From Candidatus Zhuqueibacterota bacterium (GTDB lineage Bacteria; Zhuqueibacterota; Zhuqueibacteria; Thermofontimicrobiales; Thermofontimicrobiaceae), in contig JBMOPW010000014.1 of NCBI GenBank assembly GCA_049322915.1, positions 794,764-858,763 on the forward strand: a DNA stretch of 64,000 nucleotides, given 5' to 3'. The translations under genes were made by a program, and so were the position numbers. Shown here in pieces: positions 21,001-27,931 of the stretch (position 1 is its first letter; every line of letters starts with the position of its first letter). The notes under the pieces are model-generated. The model did not search any database. It saw only the letters and a list, made by a program, of their open reading frames with translations, and was not told the origin of the DNA.

Positions 21001-21851
21001 GAATTGTTGCTGAAGGACAATGTTTGTCCCGACCCGGTCACCACATCGTCCTGGTTGAAATCGCCGCTGAGAATGGTTTCATTGGCTTCGCCCATGCCAT
21101 AATTGGCGCGTTCGCTGACAGCAGATTCCGTGCCTGCAAAACCGCCGTAAATAGCAACGCCGTTTTTCATACGAAAATGGAAATAGCGTGACGTGTTAGT
21201 CAAATCGTATGCTGAGGTGGGGAAATAGGTGCCGGCTTTCACCCAGATCTTGTCGCCGCTTGTGGCCAAATCCAGCGCAGCCTGCAGTGTTTGTTTGGCA
21301 TTATCCCAGCTTAAACCATCGCCGCTGTCATCGGCTTTGGTTGAATCCACGTAATAGGTGGGCGACTCCCCGGTTCCCTTGATTGTAAACGTGTACGGAT
21401 TCTCATTAAAATCATTATTGGGGATGGAAACCGTGGCCTGCCGCGCGCCTGACGCACCCGGGGTGAATTTGATGGTAAACGACGCCGGCATCCCCATACT
21501 AACAAATTGGGAGGAGGGTTGGCTGGTAACCTCGAAATCGCCGGGGTTCGTCCCTGTAATCGAAACATAAGGGGTGCCCTGCAGTATTAAAACCGATTCA
21601 GGACCTCCCAAATTGCTGATTGAGAAACTCACCGATGAATCGCCGCCGACGGCCGAACTCCCAAAATCGAACTCCCCGGTCCCGCTGGGTATGGACGTGC
21701 CGTTTTGTTGGACATCAATTTCCGGTGGCATAATAATATTTTCCGGCGGCATAGGATCCTGAGCAAAAAGCCCCACCGCCAGGACGCAAATGAACCAGAG
21801 CGTCAAGGCGCTGATCCAGAATGTGCGATTACCTGTTAATCTTGTTTTCAT
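15045..21851 (-). CDS. T9SS-CTD secreted modular protein D (choice-of-anchor-D-like, beta-helix, 5 more choice-of-anchor-D-like domains, FN3, shared core)
   Basis: Start refined to MKTRLTG at 21851 (GGGAG RBS). Six EI(D/E)(V/I)..N..NTG..L..D.DE.PY.F.I.G domains; GDVNASPDGSVTASDI...PDDDINFEDL; CTD. Confidence 0.88.
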   Translation of the reverse strand: MKTRLTGNRTFWISALTLWFICVLAVGLFAQDPMPPENIIMPPEIDVQQNGTSIPSGTGEFDFGSSAVGGDSSVSFSISNLGGPESVLILQGTPYVSITGTNPGDFEVTSQPSSQFVSMGMPASFTIKFTPGASGARQATVSIPNNDFNENPYTFTIKGTGESPTYYVDSTKADDSGDGLSWDNAKQTLQAALDLATSGDKIWVKAGTYFPTSAYDLTNTSRYFHFRMKNGVAIYGGFAGTESAVSERANYGMGEANETILSGDFNQDDVVTGSGQTLSFSNNSENCFHVFYHPSGLGLDTTAVLDGFTVRGGNASDPGLLHITGAGMYNQLNSPSLNSVNIIYNYAYYTAAGMFNDTSSPVITNSNISWNKSYSQAGGMYNLSSNPSLTNTMVLNNYAESYGGGIINQNNADPVFTNVLIAGNYSNSGGGGIYNHTEVSPIFINVTITNNAANGGGGGVRNWFGSSGTYFNCIIYGNTGIAGNEFYLENGMAPAGTVTLNYSCYGNATRDVFNIGTTFTATNNNITSNPLIVDAAGGDYRIYNVSPCADAGYDAYNSETTDIRGAGFDRKLNKTNGSAGTIDMGAYEYKFGTDPVAVPEIDVRGNYLSIADGDTISSADDSTSFGSANVDGGTINSTFKIFNTGNDILFLSQPDKAEMDMYRSRLNQTGPSEIVTISGDHSVDFEVTTQPSVAYLEPGDSASFMVQFDPSSNGTRSATVSIPNNDSDESPYTFAIQGIGLAAEIDVHGNYVSIVDGDASPSLTDHTDFDSVAVSNGDLERTYSIYNTGNKTLYLGNSQSDARNEKPVTIELENPVVIGGTNSADFTVTQAPSLEISPGDSTTFTVKFDPSGNGVRSATISIYSDDSDESPYNFSIQGFGAVPEIDIQGNYVSIANGDETPSQADHTDFDSVGVLLGSMDRTFKIFNTGTASLVLGQIITHTDNSLRNSRPIDLVTISGDNAADFTVKTQPTSPIAVGDSASFVVTFNPSDSGERRATVSLYSNDGDESPYTFAILGAGVTPTIEVRGNYTTIANGDTVPSFLDFTDFDSVSVVSDSSTHIFTILNTGTATLHFNPIVKNADAVSRVNFIDRDNVNIGGDHASDFTVTTQPSDSVAAGDSTTFTVAFNPSAVGIRSASIDINSDDFSNSPYTFAIRGTGVTPEIDVRGNYISIANGDTTPSATDSTSFGSAAVDGGTINRTFRIFNTGNERLYLGDRDSNMELAGFTMNSPSGRALILLKGPQGYDFEVTAQPENFYINPGDSLSFTIQFNPSDGGTRSTYVYVRNNDSDESDFNFEIEGVGITVPTVVTAAIDSITVISAVGGGNVTADGGDSVTVRGVCWGLTANPTVDSSHTSNGDGTGSFSSSITGLAHGITYYVRAYATNGAGTGYGADSTFTTKQILITTTPSDTLLRGGQQVTYTVSIANVLPAMRGFSVQVDFNDDHFTSPQFTEGTFLSSTGKTTQWDASGANGRYTVDCAILGVTDGVTGDGTLFTMMLTTADAVTDSLVNPSSDNLMLSHVLLRDVNNIAIPCDSSAGSKIIIDTAPPTMDSLAEADSVWYRSQPVLQVFRVADNYELDSLSYKLNDDAWTTIMGGIKGKTASASNAPLPGYAELAERKALHWFYLRACDDAGNLGGYDKTWDFCFYKDETAPLGDLSISFKDVAAYSMKVVGAALADTTQGEEYYQFDCTTNDTYDRARTLADSIHECATMAANTQYKFKYQGSDGVNDPGATPAYNATSWSNEYSKYTLSVAPTTSTVTCDKHGTISTTTLTFTAVGGFGAGTVQYYLYALDDSIAHTFKGTESEWASGDLKMGIPTANKNYYLHVQGYNAEDVANGTLTIGPYQWDGTPISPVTKLELSTSGNSLQCSWTNPQNDAYKIEVWFKGFGGYPEYTGAVPTFPTTPDEASGDGWTKILDSLATSKKYAPANRDFYYYALFVEDMAKHYSAAAIDSSLSYWLGDVNASPDGSVTASDIAILSSAYHTSSIDADWNGHCDVGPTLDFGRISRPLPDDDINFEDLMIFAMNYENTSKDKTDKSKAKVTSSPIALLLNIQRVGAQFVAQVQLNENAGVVKGLYIPITFGADLSFSQVRRGSLVTSGDFFDAGQEGNCLYISAAALEHEGIFKDNGVVAEIVFTVNGSNSSIQFGEAVARSQGNANLELTYAYTDVALLSEGLIPTEYKLHQNYPNPFNPSTTILYDLKADGQVTITLYNINGQRIATLLDEVKNAGYHSFVFEAGNLPSGVYLYRIQVNDFRDVRKLVLMK

Positions 21852-22271
21852 ATAAAACTCCCTTATGATGTTAAACATATCCTGAAAATTTGTGTCACAT
21901 ACCGGTCTGAAAGCCGGAATGACTAAATGAGTTATTATCCTTTGAGAACAACTTCACTTAAGGTGGGGACAGCGCACATCTGATCAGCATAAAAGGTTTT
22001 TTCTTTGTCATTTGATTCCGTGTTTCCATAAGAAATCCTCCAGTTGGTAAATGTTTAAAAAGCGCAGCAATGGTGCGGCGCGCCTTGTTTCAGTGACATA
22101 GGTCGACGGATGGTTTCCTGTCTCATGAAATCGCCCCGTCAATTCGAAAAAATAATTCAGACACAACCTGCGTGCAGTACCCTGGCGTGTTCATGGGCTG
22201 CGCCATTCTATCGGTAAAAAGAGTATTCCGGGAAGAAAATAAACTCGATGCGCAACAAAAGTTAGATGAAG

Positions 22272-22298
22272 TATCGACAGGATTCCTGGGGAAATGAG
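22272..22298 (-). promoter_or_regulatory. Sigma28-like promoter motif, copy 3 (CTCAT-N15-GTCGATA)
   Basis: Same motif and spacing, about 420 nt upstream of gene D. Confidence 0.45.
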
Positions 22299-22395
22299 GG
22301 AAAAGTGAATAAGTAACGAAAATATCATTTTCTTGAATGGATTGAAACGATGGGTCATCGAAAAAGGAGAGGTATTCCGATCGCACCGTATCTCC

Positions 22396-22903
22396 GATCG
22401 CGCCGGATATGTATCCGGCGCGGGCAATGGATCGGAACGTATGTTCCCGATCAGTGGAGCGGTTCGGGATGAATATCCCGAACGATCCGCGTGGGCGACG
22501 AAACCGATCGCGCCGGATATTCATCCGGCGCGGGCAATGGATCGGAACGTATGTTCCCGATCAAGGGGAACCGTTCGGGATGAATATCCCGAACGATCCG
22601 GAAGGACAAACCGTTTGCCCGGAGCGCAGTCCCTTTATGGACTGCGTGCGACCCCATGATCGCGCCGGATATTCATCCAGCGCGGGCAATGGATCGGAAC
22701 GTATGTTCCCGATCAAGGGGAACCGTTCGGGATAAACATCCCGAACGATCCGGAAGGACAAACCGTTTGCCCGGAGCGCAGTCCCATTATGGACTGCGTG
22801 CGACCCCATGAACGCGCTGGATATTTATCCGGCTAGGGCAATGGATCGGAACATACGTTCCGGATCAGGGGAGCGGTTCGGGATGAATATCACGAACGAT
22901 CCG
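22396..22903. repeat. Tandem array of four ~93-bp three-hairpin units (BIME-like)
   Basis: Units at about 22396, 22506, 22658 and 22810: GATCGCGCCGGATATTCATCCGGCGCG-GGCAATG-GATCGGAACGTATGTTCC(C)GATC-..-GTTCGGGATGAATATCCCGAACGATC. A ~58-bp linker occurs twice. Confidence 0.92.
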
Positions 22904-22908
22904 GAATG

Positions 22909-22939
22909 AAAAAACGCCCGGGAAACACATCCCGGGCGA
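22909..22939 (-). terminator. Intrinsic terminator after gene E
   Basis: Minus strand CGCCCGGGA-TGTGTT-TCCCGGGCG-TTTTTT. Confidence 0.75.
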
Positions 22940-22972
22940 GCATGATATTTAAACGTTGGAGGAGAAGCGATA

Positions 22973-24346
22973 TTATTTCAATAAAGTCAGCGTGCGGATT
23001 TCTGAAAACTCGCCGGCTTCGATTTTATAGAAGTACACGCCGGAAGGGAGTTGATCGGCCATCAACGTGCACTGGTGCTGCCCGGCCGATTGTTCTCCGG
23101 CAAAAATGGTGGCGACGAGTTGACCGCAGAGATTGAACAGGGATAACCGGACAAAGCCGGCGGCAGGCAGGTGATACGGAATTATGGTGGAAGCATTGAA
23201 CGGATTGGGGTAATTCTGAAGCAGTTGAAAAGTCCCGGCAGTCACAGTCACTTCCACGGCCGCGCTGTAAGAGAAGGCGCCGTCCGTATCGATTTGCCTG
23301 AGCCGATATTGAACCTGGCCGGTGGGCGCGTTTCTGTCGGTGAACGAATAGGTCAGTGTGGCGCTGGAATTGCCGTGGCCGGCCACAAATCCGATGCGCG
23401 CCCAATCCTGCTGGCCATCTGCGCCAGCCAGTCGCTCGATTTCGAATCCATAATTGTTGGATTCGGACTGGGTTTCCCAGCTCAACGCTATGTGATCCTG
23501 GCGAAGGTCGACCCAAAACCCGGATAGTTCCACCGGCAGCGTGATGGTGCTTGTTTCGAAGCTTCGTGTTTCCGTGTACTTTGTCCCGCGATAGGAGGAG
23601 GCATAGGCGCGGAAAAAATAGGTGGCGCCTGGCTGCAAACCTGTGGCGTTCACGGTGAAGTCGCCGGTGTTGCCGACCACTATTTTTTTCCCGGTGTAGC
23701 TGGAAACTGTGGGAATGCCTGTTTGGCTCCATACCACGCCGCGCTCGATGATGGCCGAACCGCCGTCATCCACAACAGTCCCGCCGAGATATGCCGAATA
23801 GGCGGTGATATTCTGAACTGTCGGATCCGTGATGACCGGGAGCGCCGCACAATTAACAATGACCGTGCCTGGCTGCGTTGCGACATCCGGAATGATCTCT
23901 CCGTCCACGGCATAGTAGAATTCCTGGTCCACCACAGTCAAATTTTCGACGCCATCGCGGACATTGCGAAATGTCAGATCCAGAATGGCGCCGGAATCGT
24001 CGATGGACAGACCCGCGCCCAGCACGATGCATTCCACACGGATGACGTCTGCGGACTCCTGCACCACGCGCCACCAGTAGCTGCTGAAGCCGGAAACCAG
24101 CGCGCCCTTTTCAGCCGAAATGAACTGGCACAGTTCAGGGTTGTATTTCAAATACACTTTGAATCCCCGGAAACCGTCGCTATTCTGTTCGACGTTGAGG
24201 TCGATGTTGAAATTGCCGGTCTTGTTCACGTGAAGCGTGTCAGGCAGAAAACAGGTTTGAAAACTGTAGGCGTTTAAAGAGACGAGCAGGATGGCAAAAA
24301 AAATGATGATGCGGATCGGTCGAGTCTTTTTGGAATTCTTCTTCAT
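22973..24346 (-). CDS. T9SS-CTD secreted protein E (cohesin-like, FN3, LPVEL domain, CTD)
   Basis: Signal peptide after MKKNSKK. Cohesin-like FNIDLNV..FRGFKVYLKYNPE..EKGAL..GAILDLTF; FN3 GGTVVDDGGSAIIERGVVWS; LPVEL; LLQNYPNPFN. Confidence 0.85.
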   Translation of the reverse strand: MKKNSKKTRPIRIIIFFAILLVSLNAYSFQTCFLPDTLHVNKTGNFNIDLNVEQNSDGFRGFKVYLKYNPELCQFISAEKGALVSGFSSYWWRVVQESADVIRVECIVLGAGLSIDDSGAILDLTFRNVRDGVENLTVVDQEFYYAVDGEIIPDVATQPGTVIVNCAALPVITDPTVQNITAYSAYLGGTVVDDGGSAIIERGVVWSQTGIPTVSSYTGKKIVVGNTGDFTVNATGLQPGATYFFRAYASSYRGTKYTETRSFETSTITLPVELSGFWVDLRQDHIALSWETQSESNNYGFEIERLAGADGQQDWARIGFVAGHGNSSATLTYSFTDRNAPTGQVQYRLRQIDTDGAFSYSAAVEVTVTAGTFQLLQNYPNPFNASTIIPYHLPAAGFVRLSLFNLCGQLVATIFAGEQSAGQHQCTLMADQLPSGVYFYKIEAGEFSEIRTLTLLK

Positions 24347-24454
24347 CGTAAGTCCCTTCATCCCAGGTTGCAGTTCATTCCCCCGATCATTCACTCTGAT
24401 TTTAAAAATGTAACAGGTATTGCAAAAAAGTCATTGTTGAGTCAGCCGTGTTAA

Positions 24455-24471
24455 GGCAATTCATATACCAG
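24455..24471 (-). promoter_or_regulatory. Possible sigma54 promoter for gene E
   Basis: Minus strand CTGGTAT-ATGAA-TTGCC gives correct GG-N10-GC spacing, about 110 nt upstream of the start. Confidence 0.45.
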
Positions 24472-24624
24472 AATTTTTCTGTTGCGTTTATCGTTTAATT
24501 TTAATATAATTATCACGCATGGGAAAAGTTACAGAATCCCAAAAAATTGACTCATGATAATCACAGTGTCTCAGCGGATGACATTGTGAATCTGATTTGA
24601 CCGCAACAAAAACACGGGAACTGA

Positions 24625-25401
24625 ATGATGAAAACTCTCAAAATGGTTTCATGGAATGTGAATGGTATTCGGGCGGTATTTCGCAAGGGCGCATTTCAAT
24701 GGCTTTTGCAGGAAGGCTGGGATATGTTTTGCCTTCAGGAGACGAAAGCGCATCCGGACCAGCTCAGCAAAGAGATTGTGGAACTGGAAGGGTATTCAGC
24801 CTGGTTCGCATCGGCAGAGCGGAAAGGCTACAGCGGCGTGGCGCTGTACACCAGGGAGAAGCCGCTGACCGTGACCAGCGGTTTTGGCGAACCCCGATTC
24901 GATTCTGAAGGCCGCATTCTCATTGCAGATTATGGGCGGTTTGTGCTGTTCAATATTTATTATCCCAATGGAAAGGGCTCCAAAGAGCGGCTGGCGTACA
25001 AGATGGAATTTTACGATGCGTTTCTGGATTATGCCGACAGGCTGAAACAGCAGGGGAGAAGCCTCATTGTGTGCGGCGATGTGAATACCGCGCATAAGGA
25101 GATCGACCTGGCGCGGCCCCGGGAGAACGAAAAGTCGTCAGGATTTCTGCCGGAGGAACGGGCCTGGATCGATCGATTGCTGAGTCACGGCTTTGTGGAT
25201 ACGTTTCGTCTGTTCCACAGCGAGCAAGACCAGTACACGTGGTGGGACATGAAAACCCGCGCGCGTGAACGGAATATCGGCTGGCGCATTGATTATTTTT
25301 ATGTGAGCGAGGATTTGCGGGACAATGTGAAGGCGGCGTACATTCTGCCGGATGTGATGGGATCTGACCATTGCCCCATTGGTATTGATGTGGAGGTTTG
25401 A
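24625..25401 (+). CDS. xth: Exodeoxyribonuclease III (AP endonuclease)
   Basis: Motifs [34 protein letters not shown] and GSDHCP. Confidence 0.96.
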   Translation: MMKTLKMVSWNVNGIRAVFRKGAFQWLLQEGWDMFCLQETKAHPDQLSKEIVELEGYSAWFASAERKGYSGVALYTREKPLTVTSGFGEPRFDSEGRILIADYGRFVLFNIYYPNGKGSKERLAYKMEFYDAFLDYADRLKQQGRSLIVCGDVNTAHKEIDLARPRENEKSSGFLPEERAWIDRLLSHGFVDTFRLFHSEQDQYTWWDMKTRARERNIGWRIDYFYVSEDLRDNVKAAYILPDVMGSDHCPIGIDVEV

Positions 25402-25444
25402 TTTTGAGAAGTTCGCTTTAATTCTAAAATAAAATTCTGACCAT

Positions 25445-25746
25445 TTTTGGCAGAAAAAAATCACAAAAAACAAAACTCAAGCGCCAAATAAATCCCAGAT
25501 GCAAAAATCCAATTTTCTAACTGTTACCAAAAGAACAATCAAACGACCCTATCCGAAGTTGATTTTTTGGAATCTGGTTTTATAATTTCAGATGCATCCC
25601 TCGGCGCTATGACGCAGATGAAGAATCCGTGAAGATCAGCCTCATCCGTTTGATCAGCGTTCCATTCCTTTTTTGGTTCTGGCTTTGCCAGGTTGGGAAT
25701 TTGGCATTGTGATTTGTTTGTTATTTAGTTCTTGTATGTTGCTATT
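25445..25746. repeat. Degenerate short-period inverted repeat element between convergent genes
   Basis: An A/C-rich arm (AAATCACAAA..CAAATAAATCCCA..AAATCCAA) is mirrored by a T/G-rich arm (TTGGGAATTTGGCATTGTGATTTGTTTG). An internal ATCCGT..ATCAGC..TTTTGGTTCTGG..GTTGGG block recurs at about 46550-46680. Confidence 0.5.
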
Positions 25747-25760
25747 TCCGGTTAGAAAAT

Positions 25761-26675
25761 CTATTGCATTGCAATCCCCTGGAATTTCTTCTCCGCCTTC
25801 ATTCGCTGTTCCACAAGCTGAATGATTCTGGCTTTGGGTATTTCCCAGAGCGGCGCGATGAGCAGATCCTGCCGGATATCCCCAACCAGTCGATGCACTG
25901 AAATGTGCGCTGCCAGATGGGGCAGCAGTGTGACCAGCAGATTGATATATTCCTGTTCGGAGAAGACCGGCACGTTTCCCCCGGCGTACCAGTCCGCCAA
26001 TACTGTATGTTTCACAACCTGCAAATGATGCATTTTCACGCCATCCAGGTTGAGCCGGTTGATGGTTTGAATCGTGGCGATCATGTGGTCCGGCGTTTCA
26101 CCGGGCAATCCGAGAATGATATGCGCGCAGATGAGAATGTGGGGATAGCGCCGCGTTTGCCCGACCGCTCGATGGAAGCAGGCGACGTCATGGCCGCGGT
26201 TGATGCGCTCCAGCGTGCGGTCATGAGCCGATTGCAGTCCCAATTCCAGCCAGACCATGGTGCTTTCGCCGAGCTCGGAGAGAAGGGCGAGCGCCTCACC
26301 GGACAGGCAATCCGGGCGGGTTCCCACGGCCAGACCGACAATGTCGTCCCGGTGATTTTCAATTTCCCGCCACCAGGGTTCCAGCCGAGAAATGGGCGCG
26401 TAGGTATTGGTATCGGTTTGAAAATAGGCGATGAATTTTCCTGTGAAACCGGCGGCTCTCGACCGCGCAATGCCGTCAGCCATTTGCCGGCGCACATCCG
26501 GCAGATCGCAGGACAGAGAGCTGAAGCCGGGATTGTAGCAATAGACGCATCCGCCGGCGCCGGTGCGATTTTCGCGATGGGGGCAACCCAGATTCGTGTG
26601 CACCGGCAGCTTCCGAACCGGCCAGGGGAATCGCTCTTTGAGGAATTGTTTGAATGTGTAAATGGGTGGTTTCAT
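25761..26675 (-). CDS. Radical SAM protein, TIGR01212/YhcC family
   Basis: CPHR....G.GGCVYC cluster motif, IAYFQ..TNTY, GTRPDC, ELGLQS, INRGH, HIILGLPGE, GVKMH. Confidence 0.92.
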   Translation of the reverse strand: MKPPIYTFKQFLKERFPWPVRKLPVHTNLGCPHRENRTGAGGCVYCYNPGFSSLSCDLPDVRRQMADGIARSRAAGFTGKFIAYFQTDTNTYAPISRLEPWWREIENHRDDIVGLAVGTRPDCLSGEALALLSELGESTMVWLELGLQSAHDRTLERINRGHDVACFHRAVGQTRRYPHILICAHIILGLPGETPDHMIATIQTINRLNLDGVKMHHLQVVKHTVLADWYAGGNVPVFSEQEYINLLVTLLPHLAAHISVHRLVGDIRQDLLIAPLWEIPKARIIQLVEQRMKAEKKFQGIAMQ

Positions 26676-26923
26676 TTTTTATTCAAAATATTTTTGATTG
26701 CCGCGAAGTGTAAAAAATACCGGGATCGATCAGGACATTCGTCCTGATCCGGAAATAAAAAGGGATGTTTATCCGGTGACGTTTCGGTAAATACGACTTT
26801 TCTACCGCCGTTCGAATTCGTGCGACGGATAAATATCCGATTCCAACCAGCGTCCCGGATAAACATCAGGGACGATCCTTATTATATCTTTTTTCCGCGT
26901 CCCAGCGCCGTTGCAGCCAATAG

Positions 26924-27931
26924 TTAAAACGTCAAACTGCTCTTCTCCGATGAACCGCTCAGCAGCAGCCACAGGAAAAATGGCCCGCCCAACAATGCGG
27001 TGATTACGCCGACCGGTATTTCCGCCGGGGCAATGATGGTTCGCGCCAGCGTGTCGCATAAAACGAGAAACGCCCCGCCGAACACGAATGTGACCGGCGT
27101 GAGCTGCCGGTGATTGGCGCCGATGAGCAGCCGGCAGATGTGCGGCGCCATCATGCCCACAAATCCGATGGGCCCGCACACGGAGACAACGCCGCCCACC
27201 ATCAGCGAGGTCGCGAAAAAGAGCAGCGCCTTCACGCGCTTCAGCGAAACGCCCCGACTCACCGCCATGTCCTCGCCGATCAACAGCAGATTGAGGTCGT
27301 GGGTCAGAAATAAAATGATGACAGAGCCGACCGCGACAAAGGGCAACAGTGACAGGACGGGTCTGTAGCCGATGATTTCCACGCCGCCCATGAGCCAGCG
27401 GATGATTCGAAATGAATTGGCGAAGTCGCTCAGGTACTGAATGAACAGGATGAGACTGGAGAAGAAGAAGTTGATCGCAACCCCGGCGACGAGCATGATT
27501 TCGGTGGAGAAGCCCTTTTTGAATCGGGTCATTCCGTACACCAGCGCGATGGCAATCACGGCCCCTAAAAACGAACTGATTGTCTGGCCGGAAGTTCCCA
27601 ACACAGCAAAGACCAGGCCCAGCCTGACATACAATGCCGCGCCAAATGCTGCGCCGCTGGACACGCCCAGCGTGAACGGCGTGGCCAATGCATTTCGGAA
27701 CATGGCCTGAAACGCCATTCCGCTGATCGCCAGCGCCGCCCCGGCAGTGAATGCCGTCAGTACGCGGGGGACGCGAATCTTCCAGAAAATATCCGCCTTT
27801 AAATTGCCCGGACGCTGACCAATGATGTCCTGCAATGAAATCGATTCAATGCCAAAAAATGGCGCGGTGAAAACAACGACAGTCGCAGCAAGGAAAATGG
27901 CGGCGAGCAGGATAGACTTTTTTATTTTCAT
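26924..27931 (-). CDS. btuC: Cobalamin/iron-chelate ABC transporter permease (FecCD/BtuC family)
   Basis: Hydrophobic protein with RVPR, FRNALATPFTLGVSSGA, GPIGFVG and EIPVGVITALLGGPFFLWLL; lies in the riboswitch-led locus. Confidence 0.88.
   Translation of the reverse strand: MKIKKSILLAAIFLAATVVVFTAPFFGIESISLQDIIGQRPGNLKADIFWKIRVPRVLTAFTAGAALAISGMAFQAMFRNALATPFTLGVSSGAAFGAALYVRLGLVFAVLGTSGQTISSFLGAVIAIALVYGMTRFKKGFSTEIMLVAGVAINFFFSSLILFIQYLSDFANSFRIIRWLMGGVEIIGYRPVLSLLPFVAVGSVIILFLTHDLNLLLIGEDMAVSRGVSLKRVKALLFFATSLMVGGVVSVCGPIGFVGMMAPHICRLLIGANHRQLTPVTFVFGGAFLVLCDTLARTIIAPAEIPVGVITALLGGPFFLWLLLSGSSEKSSLTF

Noticed and set aside
22396..22903. CRISPR array
   Set aside because: Units are about 93 bp with several hairpins, the linkers are unequal and one is repeated, and no cas genes are in the window.
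672..24346. Classical cellulosome
   Set aside because: No recognisable glycoside hydrolase catalytic domains, CBM3 or tandem cohesin run are present; it is treated instead as a non-canonical candidate scaffold.
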